Below are positions 28,159 through 37,412 of a stretch of DNA of 64,000 bases, piece after piece. The notes below the pieces were generated by a model. The model was not told the DNA's origin. It saw only the letters and a program-made list of their open reading frames with translations, and made no database searches. Source of the stretch: an uncultured Marinilabiliaceae bacterium. GTDB lineage: Bacteria > Bacteroidota > Bacteroidia > Bacteroidales > VadinHA17. The translations under genes were made by a program, and so were the position numbers. Each line of letters begins with the position of its first letter. Position 1 is the stretch's first letter. The stretch covers positions 291,373-355,372 of the forward strand of contig CALOFK010000001.1 of NCBI GenBank assembly GCA_942492595.1, read 5' to 3'.

Positions 28159-28176
28159 CACTTTATTATATAAAGA

Positions 28177-29475
28177 TTGAAAATGAATTTCGTAGAAGAA
28201 CTGAAATGGAGAGGTATGATTCATGATATCATGCCCGGAACAGACGAGGAGTTAAATAAAGGAATGGTATCGGGCTATGTTGGCTTTGATCCTACAGCAG
28301 ATTCCCTGCATATTGGCCACCTTGTGAGCGTGATGATATTAAAGCATTTCCAAAATGCAGGTCATCAGCCGATAGCACTTATAGGTGGTGCAACCGGAAT
28401 GATTGGAGACCCTTCAGGTAAATCTGCGGAAAGAAACCTGATGGATGAGCCTACCCTGAGACATAATCAGGAATCAATAAAGATACAGCTCGCAAAGTTT
28501 CTTGATTTTGAGTCCGATATTCCCAATAAAGCACTTCTTGTAAATAATTATGACTGGATGAGCAAATTCTCATTTCTGGATTTTATCAGGGATATAGGGA
28601 AGCATATTACTGTAAATTATATGATGTCGAAGGACTCGGTTAAAAAAAGACTGGGGTCAGAATCAAAGCAGGGTATGTCTTTTACGGAATTTTCATACCA
28701 GCTGGTGCAGGGATTCGATTTTCTGAATCTCTACAGGGAGAATAATTGTAAGCTTCAGATGGGAGGCTCTGATCAATGGGGAAATATAGTAACAGGAACT
28801 GAACTGATAAGACGTAAGGAGGGAGGCGAAGCATTTGCAATGACCTGTCCCCTAATTACCAAATCTGATGGCAGCAAGTTTGGAAAGAGCGAATCGGGCA
28901 ACGTTTGGCTCGATCCCGAGAAGACATCACCCTATAAGTTCTACCAGTTCTGGCTTAATGTTTCGGATGAAGATGCTGCAAAGTATATGAAGATATTTAC
29001 TATGCTTAAGCAGGATGAGATAGATGCGCTTATTAAGGAACATGAACAGGCTCCTCACCTGAGGGTATTACAGAAAAAATTGGCCGAAGAAATGACGATT
29101 ATGGTTCACTCACAGGAAGATTATAATTCTTCACTTGAGGCATCGGGCATCCTTTTCGGTAAAGGTACAACCGATACACTTAAGAATTTAGATGAAAATA
29201 CTTTCCTTTCAGTTTTTGAGGGAGTACCAACTTTCGACATAAGTAAAGACCTTATTGAAAAGGGGCTTAATGTAACAGAGTTATGCTGTGATCACTGTCA
29301 GGTTTTTCCATCAAAAGGAGATATGAGGCGGCTGGTAAAAGGGGGTGGAGTAAGCATTAATAAGGAAAAGCTTCTGGATCCTGATCTTGAGATTAATGCC
29401 TCGATGCTCTTAAATAATAAATATATCCTGGTTCAGAAGGGGAAGAAGAATTATTATGTTTTAAGGATGGTATAA
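28177..29475 (+). CDS. tyrS: Tyrosine--tRNA ligase
   Basis: HIGH motif (SLHIGHLV), KMSKS-type motif (KFGKS), and a C-terminal S4-like domain ([16 protein letters not shown]). Confidence 0.95.
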   Translation: MKMNFVEELKWRGMIHDIMPGTDEELNKGMVSGYVGFDPTADSLHIGHLVSVMILKHFQNAGHQPIALIGGATGMIGDPSGKSAERNLMDEPTLRHNQESIKIQLAKFLDFESDIPNKALLVNNYDWMSKFSFLDFIRDIGKHITVNYMMSKDSVKKRLGSESKQGMSFTEFSYQLVQGFDFLNLYRENNCKLQMGGSDQWGNIVTGTELIRRKEGGEAFAMTCPLITKSDGSKFGKSESGNVWLDPEKTSPYKFYQFWLNVSDEDAAKYMKIFTMLKQDEIDALIKEHEQAPHLRVLQKKLAEEMTIMVHSQEDYNSSLEASGILFGKGTTDTLKNLDENTFLSVFEGVPTFDISKDLIEKGLNVTELCCDHCQVFPSKGDMRRLVKGGGVSINKEKLLDPDLEINASMLLNNKYILVQKGKKNYYVLRMV

Positions 29476-29494
29476 TAAGCTTATAGTTTCTGAA

Positions 29495-30724
29495 TTATCT
29501 GAGCGAGGCAGCAATTATTGATACATCATCGAACATGTAGGGGTTATTATCCGGTATTCCGAGATCGGCTATCAGGCTCTGGATATTCTTATCAATACTA
29601 TCGTTGTTCTTAATATGATCTATTATGGGTTCTGTACCGATGTCATTTCCGTCTTCACCTTTTAGCTCAGACAGACCATCAGTATACAGTACTATTTTGG
29701 ATGGATTTGTAATAGGAATTGATTCGCTGCTTATAAAGGGTATTTCATCCAGCATACCTATCCCAACACAGGATGCATCCAGGTGTTTTATTTCGCCCTT
29801 TACCATATCGTAAAGTACAGGCGAGTTGTGGGCAGCATTTATATACTCAAGCTCCCTTGTATTCTGGTTATACCTGGCGACAAAAAATGTAATAAATTTT
29901 TCACCCGAAGCATTTTCAACAACAACCTTATTAAGTGTTTTTATAAGTTGTTCAAGGCTAACATCTGCTGTGAGTAGAGCCTTGTAACTTGCCTGGAAGT
30001 TAGACATCAGTATAGCAGCAGAGACTCCTTTGCCCGATACATCAGCAATGCATATACTGGTTATACCATCCCCCAGGTCTATACAATCATAATAATCACC
30101 ACCCACATCATAATGAGGGTGGTAGTAACCGGTTACGCGGATATGTTCATTATTGGGAAGCACCTTATTGTCGGGTATAAGCATGGTTTGCATTCTGGCC
30201 GCCAATTCAAGCTCTTTCTTCATTGCTTCCTGGAGCAGGGTTTCTTTAAATAGCCTGATATTTTCTATTGCAACAATAATGATGCTTGAGATAATCTGGA
30301 TAAATCTCAGATGCTTAAGAATAGGACTCATGCCCGTACCTTCTTCTTCTATATCACCAATCAGAACATAGGCCAGCGGGGAGTCGTTATTTATTACGGG
30401 GATAATAATTTCCACATCGGGAAGACCATTTTGTTCTTCATGTGGGAGAATAACGGTGTCGGTAAATTCAATTAAACGCTTCTCGGGCTTGACTGATGTT
30501 TCAAGTTTTTTATCGAATCCGGCATTAAGAATGCATTCCCATTTATCTGAATACATATAAATCAGGATCTTCCCTATATTTAAGCTGTCGCGAAGAATTA
30601 TTTCATATTTGGCAAGAAGCTCTTCAGTTGAAAGGTTTGCATTAATAGACGTGGTTATATCCAGCAATGAGTCCAGTTTGAATCTGGACATCTGAAGTCT
30701 TTTTCTGGATGATTTTTTGTCCAT
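29495..30724 (-). CDS. PP2C-type (SpoIIE family) protein phosphatase with an N-terminal GAF-like sensor region
   Basis: C-terminal half carries GGDYYD, IADVSGKGVSAA and LYTDGLSE. The N-terminal ~170 aa are GAF-like. Confidence 0.8.
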   Translation of the reverse strand: MDKKSSRKRLQMSRFKLDSLLDITTSINANLSTEELLAKYEIILRDSLNIGKILIYMYSDKWECILNAGFDKKLETSVKPEKRLIEFTDTVILPHEEQNGLPDVEIIIPVINNDSPLAYVLIGDIEEEGTGMSPILKHLRFIQIISSIIIVAIENIRLFKETLLQEAMKKELELAARMQTMLIPDNKVLPNNEHIRVTGYYHPHYDVGGDYYDCIDLGDGITSICIADVSGKGVSAAILMSNFQASYKALLTADVSLEQLIKTLNKVVVENASGEKFITFFVARYNQNTRELEYINAAHNSPVLYDMVKGEIKHLDASCVGIGMLDEIPFISSESIPITNPSKIVLYTDGLSELKGEDGNDIGTEPIIDHIKNNDSIDKNIQSLIADLGIPDNNPYMFDDVSIIAASLR

Positions 30725-30736
30725 AGCCCGGAATTA

Positions 30737-31303
30737 TTATTCCTTAACTCTTTCTACGTAAGATTTATCGCGAGTATCTATTTTTATCTTTTCGCCTGTC
30801 TCAACAAAGAGAGGTACCATAATTGTAGAGCCCGATTCGATAGTTGCCTGCTTTAGCGTATTTGTTGCAGTGTCTCCCCTGAGCCCCGGCTCGGTATAGG
30901 TAATTTCCATTACAACAAACTGAGGAAGGTCCACACTTAAAACGTTCTCTGTTTCGGCATGTACAACTACCTCGCAGGTATCACCTTCTTTCAGGAATTC
31001 AGGATTTTCTATCATGTTTTCACTGATTGTGATTTGCTCAAATGTTTCGTTATGCATAAAAACGAAGCCCATATCATCCTTATAAAGATACTGGTATGGA
31101 CGTCTTTCTACCCTGGCTGCTGTTACTTTAACCCCTGAAGTAAAAGTATTTTCAATTACCCTTCCGTTGGTAATACTCTTTAACTTTGTCCTAACAAAAG
31201 CAGGGCCTTTGCCTGGTTTAACATGCTGAAACTGTACAATGGTATATAGACCATTGTTATATTCTATTACCATGCCATTTCTAAAATCTGCTGTTGTTGC
31301 CAT
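30737..31303 (-). CDS. efp: Elongation factor P
   Basis: 188 aa with [36 protein letters not shown], the canonical EF-P N-terminus including the KPGKG loop. Confidence 0.95.
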   Translation of the reverse strand: MATTADFRNGMVIEYNNGLYTIVQFQHVKPGKGPAFVRTKLKSITNGRVIENTFTSGVKVTAARVERRPYQYLYKDDMGFVFMHNETFEQITISENMIENPEFLKEGDTCEVVVHAETENVLSVDLPQFVVMEITYTEPGLRGDTATNTLKQATIESGSTIMVPLFVETGEKIKIDTRDKSYVERVKE

Positions 31304-31339
31304 TTCTTTTTTGTCTTAACTATTTACTTTATTATCAGG

Positions 31340-31347
31340 CAAAGATA
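31340..31347 (-). promoter_or_regulatory. -7 promoter box (TATCTTTG on the minus strand) for efp
   Basis: Plus-strand CAAAGATA lies 37 nt upstream of the efp ATG. Confidence 0.4.
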
Positions 31348-31358
31348 GAATAAAGAGG

Positions 31359-31412
31359 CGAAAGACGAAAGACGAAAGATGAAAGGAAAAGTTTACAACC
31401 CCATGCCCCATG
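31359..31412. repeat. Tandem heptamer arrays: (CGAAAGA)x3 plus TGAAAGG, then (CCCCATG)x2
   Basis: Read directly: cgaaaga cgaaaga cgaaaga tgaaagg at 31359-31386, and ccccatg ccccatg at 31399-31412. They lie in the tsaB-efp intergenic region. Confidence 0.8.
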
Positions 31413-31428
31413 CTCTTTGCACTTAACT

Positions 31429-32130
31429 TTATGTTCCGAGGATATTTTTTCGGGGGATTGTTGCAACAAAGTCTTTCAGGTAGTAGGGTTCGAAATATGC
31501 TATATCTTCGAATTTTTTGTTTTCCAGCGCTTTTTGAGCAGGCAGAGCAAGTGAGGCTGCGCTCAGTTCATAAGCATCTTCAAATATTGCCTCAGGATGT
31601 TTTATCAGCTCTTTGCATTTTGTAGCACCATTGCCAAAGAATAGAACAGGAGCTTGCTTTAGCAGATCTCCAAAAGACTCACTATCGATAATTTCTGCTT
31701 TCACGTCTCTTATATTATCGCCGTTATACTTATAGACAGACGAGTATACTTCCATTCGCCTTGCATCAATCATCGGACATATAAAAGTATTATCTATTCC
31801 AGGGTAATCATGATATTTAACTATTATCCCATGGTACATGCTCTTAAGAGTACTTATTGCAATAAGAGGGATGCCTGCACCATAACAGATACCCTTGGCA
31901 GTTGATACGCCTATCCTGAGACCAGTATATGAGCCGGGTCCTTTGCTTACCGCAACAGCATCAAGTGCTTCTGCTTTTATTTTATGTTCGGAAAGCAGCT
32001 CTTCAATAAAGACAGTAAGCAGAGAGGCGTGGGACTTATCGATGTGACTCTCTTTCAGTCCCAGTATAAGGTTATCGTGGCATAGTGATACTGAGCAAAC
32101 ACTGGTAGCAGTTTCAATGCAGAGGATCAT
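31429..32130 (-). CDS. tsaB: tRNA threonylcarbamoyladenosine biosynthesis protein TsaB
   Basis: N-terminus MILCIETATSVCSVSL and GPGSYTGLRIG, characteristic of the YeaZ/TsaB family. Length is 233 aa. Confidence 0.85.
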   Translation of the reverse strand: MILCIETATSVCSVSLCHDNLILGLKESHIDKSHASLLTVFIEELLSEHKIKAEALDAVAVSKGPGSYTGLRIGVSTAKGICYGAGIPLIAISTLKSMYHGIIVKYHDYPGIDNTFICPMIDARRMEVYSSVYKYNGDNIRDVKAEIIDSESFGDLLKQAPVLFFGNGATKCKELIKHPEAIFEDAYELSAASLALPAQKALENKKFEDIAYFEPYYLKDFVATIPRKNILGT

Positions 32131-32139
32131 AAACCTGGC

Positions 32140-33402
32140 TTATTTTTCAATTTTAAACAGATCTTCTCTGGGAACAACTTCAATAAGTGTGCTATCTGAT
32201 AACTTTTTACTTATCGCGCTAAATGGAGCAGAAATAATATCTGTCCCAGGCTCGAGCCCGCTTAATATTTCAATATATGAATTATCCTGGATGCCTGTTT
32301 TAACATCCTTTGCCAGTGCGTAGGTACCATCTGATGCAAAAACCAGCGTTCTTATCACCTCATTTGCAAGGGTTGAGGCTTCAATACTTGAGTCAATCCG
32401 GGTTGTTACAGCCTGTATCGGAACAGTCAGAATATTATACTTAGTTGAGGTTTGAATATCTACGGTAGTTGACATCCCTGGTCGGAAAGGATTTTTCCCC
32501 GTTTCAGATATCAATTCTTTATAAGAATCAGGAAGAACAAATATCTTGACATCAAAGGTCGTAACCTGGTCGGCCGATACACCTGTAGTGTTGGCAGAAT
32601 TAGCAATCTCGGTAACTATTCCTCTGAATTTATAATCGAGATATGCATCAACCTCAATAACAGCAGTATCGCCCATATTAACCTTAATAATATCATTTTC
32701 GTTTACTTCAACCCATGCTTCCATACGGGTAAGATCGGCTATCCTTAGTACTTCGGTGCCTGTCATCATTTCTGTACCCACAACTCTTTCTCCCTGTTCT
32801 ACCAGCAGTGTTGATATGGTGCCCGACATAGGAGCATATACTGTAGTCTTAATTAGATTTTCATTGGCTTCCTTAAGAGATGCTTCAGCGCTTTTTACTG
32901 AGAACCGGGCAGCTTCCACTTCGGCTTCGGCAACCTTATAGGATGCTTCTGACTGTTCAAAATCGGATAGTGATATAGTTTGCTGATCAAATAGTTTTTT
33001 GCTACGTGTATAAGCAAGACCAGCCTGCATAAATTGAGCCTCAGCCTGTGATTGTCGGGCCCTGGCCGATTCCAATGCCGCCTGTGTCCTGTCGCGCATT
33101 GAAATATAGGTATCTGGTTTTATTTTAAAGAGGAGGTCTCCCTTAGACACAAAGTCACCTTCTTTAATATCCAGCTCAACTATCTCACCCGAAACATCGG
33201 GACTGATAATAACTTCTTTTTCGGGTTGTATCTTTCCGTTTGCGGTAATAATTTCGATAATAGACCTGGTTTCGGACTGCTCGACTGCTACTTTAATTGT
33301 CATAGCTTTTCCAAACCATCCCTTGTTTTTTCCTATAATCGCAAATATTATAAGAACTACTGTGACAGCAATAAGGTATTGAAGTAGTTTGTTGGATTTC
33401 AT
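32140..33402 (-). CDS. Efflux transporter periplasmic adaptor (HlyD/MFP family)
   Basis: N-terminal TM anchor, lipoyl-like half-motifs (SGEIVELDIKEGDFVSKGDLLFKI; APMSGTIS), a long coiled-coil and a beta-barrel domain. Confidence 0.85.
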   Translation of the reverse strand: MKSNKLLQYLIAVTVVLIIFAIIGKNKGWFGKAMTIKVAVEQSETRSIIEIITANGKIQPEKEVIISPDVSGEIVELDIKEGDFVSKGDLLFKIKPDTYISMRDRTQAALESARARQSQAEAQFMQAGLAYTRSKKLFDQQTISLSDFEQSEASYKVAEAEVEAARFSVKSAEASLKEANENLIKTTVYAPMSGTISTLLVEQGERVVGTEMMTGTEVLRIADLTRMEAWVEVNENDIIKVNMGDTAVIEVDAYLDYKFRGIVTEIANSANTTGVSADQVTTFDVKIFVLPDSYKELISETGKNPFRPGMSTTVDIQTSTKYNILTVPIQAVTTRIDSSIEASTLANEVIRTLVFASDGTYALAKDVKTGIQDNSYIEILSGLEPGTDIISAPFSAISKKLSDSTLIEVVPREDLFKIEK

Positions 33403-33425
33403 ATCTGGGTAAAATTTCAGTTTAC

Positions 33426-34802
33426 TTAATTATCAAGTGTTAATAGCTCGCCCCTGTAAAAGTCAAGCACCTTGGTTTTAAAAATAAATTCGTATTTAGC
33501 TTGTGCCAGGTCAGATTGTGCACTAAGAAGTTGTGACTTGGCCTGGTTATATTCAATAGGGGTAACCATTCCTACATTGAATTTCTGCTCCGAATAGCGA
33601 AATGATTCTTCCATCGACAGAACTGCTTTCTGGCTTGCATAGTATGATTTAAGGCTTGCCTCGGCATCTGCATATGCTTGCTGTATATTTTTAAAGAGCT
33701 GTTTCCTGGTACTCTCAAGACTATATTCGGAATTCCTGATGTTGATATTGGAGTTGCTAATATTTGTTCTTACCTGCCATCCGTTAAATATGGGGATATT
33801 AAGAGAGAGGCCAATCCCATAATTAATATTATCATTTATCTGTTCTCCAAAGGGATATTTGCCATATAAGGGACCGGAAGTAACAGGGTCAAGTCCCAAA
33901 AACTTCTGTCTGAAATCAGAATAACCTGTGCTGAATGTTGTACTTAGCGAAAGGCTTGGATATAGTCCTCCTTTAGCTACCTGCAGATCGTACTTAGCAC
34001 TCTCCAGCCTGAGTCTGGCACTTGCAATGGAAGGCCTGATTTTTTCTGCCTCTAAAAATATGCTGTTAACATCCCCTGAAATAATTTCTGATTCACCAAG
34101 GTCTATTTCGGGCTCTTGTATCTCAAAATCTTCAGCGCTTTCCAGCTCGAGCAACTGGGCCAGGTCAAGGTAGGATATGGAGATCTGGTTTTCCATGTTA
34201 ATCAGCTGTAGCTCTTCCCTGGCTGCCTGTGCCTGTATCTCAAGCAGGCTGCCACGGGCCAGGCTCCCTGCTTCCACCATAGCCTCTGTTTTTACGATCT
34301 GCTCAAGGGTGGTTTCTAATTGAATTTGGGTTGCCGAAACAAGTTCTTTATTTAGTAATATCTGCAAGTAACCAAGTGCCACTGAAAGGGAAATATCATC
34401 TTTTATCTTTTCAAGGTCCTTTATGCTTGCTTCGAGCATATACTGATTACTCTTTATAGTATTAATTTTCTGAAAACCATTAAACAGAGAAATACTGGCT
34501 CCTGCATAGAAATTACTCGATATAATGGTTTCATTTTCAGTAAACTCGTAAGTAGTTTCATCAAGGGCACGACCAAAAGAGAAATTATTACTGGCCTGTC
34601 CGTTCAGTGATGGCAGACGAGCCATCTTTGACTGAAACAGGATATTTTCCTGGTAATCGGTTTGTAATTCCTGTTGCTTAATCGTTATATTATTATCGAT
34701 TGCATATTTAATGCACTCTTCCAGGCTCCAAATCTTCTCCTGGGCGTTGATTTTCAAGCCCAATACTATAAGTAGTATTATAAGAGGTAATACTTTCTTC
34801 AT
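33426..34802 (-). CDS. TolC family outer-membrane efflux protein
   Basis: Signal peptide and two internal TolC-type repeats (LSLEECIKYAIDNNITIK...; coiled-coil segments). Lies immediately upstream of the adaptor gene. Confidence 0.85.
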   Translation of the reverse strand: MKKVLPLIILLIVLGLKINAQEKIWSLEECIKYAIDNNITIKQQELQTDYQENILFQSKMARLPSLNGQASNNFSFGRALDETTYEFTENETIISSNFYAGASISLFNGFQKINTIKSNQYMLEASIKDLEKIKDDISLSVALGYLQILLNKELVSATQIQLETTLEQIVKTEAMVEAGSLARGSLLEIQAQAAREELQLINMENQISISYLDLAQLLELESAEDFEIQEPEIDLGESEIISGDVNSIFLEAEKIRPSIASARLRLESAKYDLQVAKGGLYPSLSLSTTFSTGYSDFRQKFLGLDPVTSGPLYGKYPFGEQINDNINYGIGLSLNIPIFNGWQVRTNISNSNINIRNSEYSLESTRKQLFKNIQQAYADAEASLKSYYASQKAVLSMEESFRYSEQKFNVGMVTPIEYNQAKSQLLSAQSDLAQAKYEFIFKTKVLDFYRGELLTLDN

Positions 34803-34914
34803 ATCTAATTTTTCAATTATCCATGTATTTTGACTACGAAGATAGATAAAAATATGTATCCGGAGATAATAAGATTGGTGTAATGGGGTGGTGGTTTTAA
34901 GTTATGTATTAAAA

Positions 34915-35039
34915 CCAATAACCAATAACCATTAACGCGAGCAAAGCGAGCAACTAACCAATAACCAATAACGCTGCTGCAAGGCAGCCAATAACCAATA
35001 ACCATTAACGCGAGCAAAGCGAGCAACTAACCAATAACC
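34915..35039. repeat. Two direct copies of a 52-nt unit built from heptamers, separated by a 21-nt spacer containing a short hairpin
   Basis: ccaataaccaataaccattaacgcgagcaaagcgagcaactaaccaataacc occurs at 34915-34966 and identically at 34988-35039. The spacer aataacgctgctgcaaggcag contains the GCTGC/GCAGC stem. Confidence 0.9.
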
Positions 35040-35100
35040 TTTTCATCGGATTATTGTATCTTTACATTTATAAAATATTAACAGAGAAAATATTATAGAT

Positions 35101-36171
35101 ATGAAAAAATTAAGTCTTGACCCGGGAGTACTTTATGGAAAGGATGTAAAACAGCTATTTGATTATGCTAATAAGAATAATTTTGCCATACCTGCGGTAA
35201 ATGTAATTGGCACAGACTCAGTGAATTCTGTGTTAGAGACTGCAAGAGATGTAAACTCGCCGGTTATTATACAATTCTCAAACGGCGGGGCTCATTTCTT
35301 TGCGGGTAAAGGCCTGACAAGTGAAGGTCATGAGGGAGCTATTGCCGGAGCAATATCGGGTGCATTGCATGTACATAATGTAGCTGAATACTATGGTGTG
35401 CCTGTAATTCTTCACACCGATCATGCAGCTAGAAAATTATTGCCATGGATAGATGCCCTGCTTGATGCCGGTGAAGAGTTTTATGAAATGAATGAAAAAC
35501 CTCTTTTCAGTTCGCATATGCTCGATCTGTCTGAAGAGCCTATAGAGGAGAATATAGCTACTTGTAAGGAGTACCTGAAAAGGATGGACAAAATAGGGAT
35601 GACACTCGAAATAGAGCTGGGAGTAACAGGTGGAGAAGAAGACGGGGTGGATAATACTGATATTGACAGTTCCAGACTATATACACAGCCTGAAGAAGTG
35701 GCATATGCCTACAAGGAATTATCAGTTATTAGCGATAACTTTACCATAGCGGCTTCTTTTGGGAACGTTCATGGTGTTTATAAGCCAGGAAATGTAGAGT
35801 TAAGACCTGTAATACTGAAGAACTCCCAGGAATATATTCAGAAGGAATTTAAAACAGGAGCAAATCCTGTAAACTTTGTATTTCATGGAGGTTCCGGTTC
35901 AGAGAAACATCTTATTAAAGAAGCGATAAGCTATGGAGCTATTAAAATGAATATAGATACAGATATGCAGTGGGCTTTCTGGAAAGGTGTAAGGGATTAT
36001 TATGAAGATAAAAAGGATTATCTCCAGTCGCAGATAGGTAATCCTGAAGGTGAGGATAAGCCCAATAAGAAATTTTACGATCCAAGGGTCTGGCTGAGAA
36101 AAGGAGAAGACAGCTTTATTGCCAGGCTAAGGGAGGCTTTTGAGGACTTAAATGCCAATAACAGGCTATAG
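35101..36171 (+). CDS. fbaA: Class II fructose-bisphosphate aldolase
   Basis: PAVNV..., ILHTDHA, GVTGGEEDGV and FVFHGGSGS motifs. The length and layout match class IIa FBA. Confidence 0.92.
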   Translation: MKKLSLDPGVLYGKDVKQLFDYANKNNFAIPAVNVIGTDSVNSVLETARDVNSPVIIQFSNGGAHFFAGKGLTSEGHEGAIAGAISGALHVHNVAEYYGVPVILHTDHAARKLLPWIDALLDAGEEFYEMNEKPLFSSHMLDLSEEPIEENIATCKEYLKRMDKIGMTLEIELGVTGGEEDGVDNTDIDSSRLYTQPEEVAYAYKELSVISDNFTIAASFGNVHGVYKPGNVELRPVILKNSQEYIQKEFKTGANPVNFVFHGGSGSEKHLIKEAISYGAIKMNIDTDMQWAFWKGVRDYYEDKKDYLQSQIGNPEGEDKPNKKFYDPRVWLRKGEDSFIARLREAFEDLNANNRL

Positions 36172-36196
36172 AAGTTATTAGTATTGCAGGTATCAG

Positions 36197-36230
36197 GCGA
36201 TCAGTCTATTAGAGGCTGATCGTTTTTTTT
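36197..36230 (+). terminator. Rho-independent terminator of fbaA
   Basis: Stem cgatcag(tc)/(gg)ctgatcg followed by a T8 run. Confidence 0.75.
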
Positions 36231-36311
36231 ATGTTAATAATTAATGCCTGTCTGCGGGTTCGTAATACTTCATATTGTTAATTTTACCTTCAGGTATCCA
36301 AACAGCATATA

Positions 36312-36548
36312 TTGAGACGCTTGAAAGTTAAAGACGACAGGTTAAAAAGAAATAACAGGCTTACTGTAATGCTTAATAACAGGGAGCTAAGGGCCTTGAA
36401 TTTATACTGCCAGCGTTTCAGGGTCAGTAACAGATCCAGCTTTATGCGAGAGGCAATAATGACTGCTATTTTGAAGAGGTTCGATTCTGAATCGCCAAGT
36501 CTATGGGAGGAAGGAGATCCCAACCTGTTCTCAAATGACAATAAGTAG
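36312..36548 (+). CDS. Small ribbon-helix-helix-like protein (hypothetical)
   Basis: NNRLTVMLNNRELRALNLYCQRFRVSNRSSFMREAIMTAILKRF fits a beta-strand / helix / helix RHH pattern. Preferred over the overlapping antisense ORF 36290..36541, which has a low-complexity composition. Confidence 0.5.
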   Translation: MRRLKVKDDRLKRNNRLTVMLNNRELRALNLYCQRFRVSNRSSFMREAIMTAILKRFDSESPSLWEEGDPNLFSNDNK

Positions 36549-36605
36549 GATTCTAAAGAGTGTTTCGAATAAATAAATATGTCATATCTGGCTGATCGCC
36601 AGAAA

Positions 36606-37412
36606 TTATAATAACCAATTTTCAGGATTTTCTATCCTTTGTCCACAGGCAACAAAGAAGGGCATTTCTGATTTATCAAACTTATAGGCTATTTTCTTCT
36701 CAGTACCGTAGGCAAGCAGTAAGCCCCCACTTTCTGCCAATATAAGGTCGCCCGCTGCTATATCCCACCCGAATATTCTGCCCTTTTTAATATATATGTC
36801 AGCCTTGCCTTCTGCAAGCATACAAAACTTAATAGCAGAGCCCTGTTCCTTAACCTCTATTATAGTATTATTTGTTGCTATTTCATACCACTTTGATTCT
36901 GCTGTGTTATGATGCGACCTGCTTCTTAACAAAATCAGTGCTTTCTTTTTTCTATGATTGAGAAGGGGGAGCCCGACAGGTGTTTCCCTGTCCATAACAT
37001 ATGCCCCGCCGTTTTTAATTGCAAACCATAGTTTTTTTAAAGTAGGAGCATATATATATGCCTCAACAGGTCTATTATTGACAATCAAAGCAAGAGAAAT
37101 ACAGTATTCTCCATTACCCTTGATAAATTCCTTTGTGCCATCTAGAGGGTCGAGGAGCCAGAATTTAGCTGGTGTATCAACATTGTCGGTATTGAATGCC
37201 TGCTCCTCGCTGGCCACAGGAATATCAGGAGATATTTCAGAAAGAGCCTTTCTGATTATTGAATCAGAAAGCAGGTCTGCTTCTGTTACAGGCGTAGAGT
37301 CAGACTTCGTTTGAATATTATAGCCAGCTGATTCAATAGAGGAGATAGCATCTCCTGCATCTTGTAGTGCTCTGAAAATTAATTTTCTTTTATTATTCTT
37401 CCCGAATGCCAT
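36606..37412 (-). CDS. cysQ: 3'(2'),5'-bisphosphate nucleotidase (inositol monophosphatase family)
   Basis: Motifs ASEEQ, WLLDPLDGTKEF and GWDIAAGDLI. The start overlaps the 3' end of the upstream gene by 34 nt, so the true start may differ. Confidence 0.8.
   Translation of the reverse strand: MAFGKNNKRKLIFRALQDAGDAISSIESAGYNIQTKSDSTPVTEADLLSDSIIRKALSEISPDIPVASEEQAFNTDNVDTPAKFWLLDPLDGTKEFIKGNGEYCISLALIVNNRPVEAYIYAPTLKKLWFAIKNGGAYVMDRETPVGLPLLNHRKKKALILLRSRSHHNTAESKWYEIATNNTIIEVKEQGSAIKFCMLAEGKADIYIKKGRIFGWDIAAGDLILAESGGLLLAYGTEKKIAYKFDKSEMPFFVACGQRIENPENWLL

Noticed and set aside
27959-28176. T-box or other leader RNA upstream of tyrS
   Set aside because: A TAnnTTTG box 19 nt from the ATG implies a very short leader. 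I found no specifier or antiterminator structure.
34817-35026. 69-aa minus-strand ORF (…VIGYWLPCSSVIGYWLVARFARVNGYWLLV…)
   Set aside because: Its repetitive peptide is simply the translation of the duplicated heptamer-built DNA repeat in a promoter region. It has no protein-like features.
34915-35039. Possible CRISPR array
   Set aside because: There are only two repeat copies. The 52-nt units are internally repetitive and the spacer is 21 nt. No cas genes or leader are present.
36290-36541. 83-aa minus-strand ORF overlapping the RHH-like ORF
   Set aside because: It has a low-complexity Leu/Ser-rich sequence and would be an isolated antisense gene. The plus-strand frame has a recognisable fold pattern. 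This remains uncertain.
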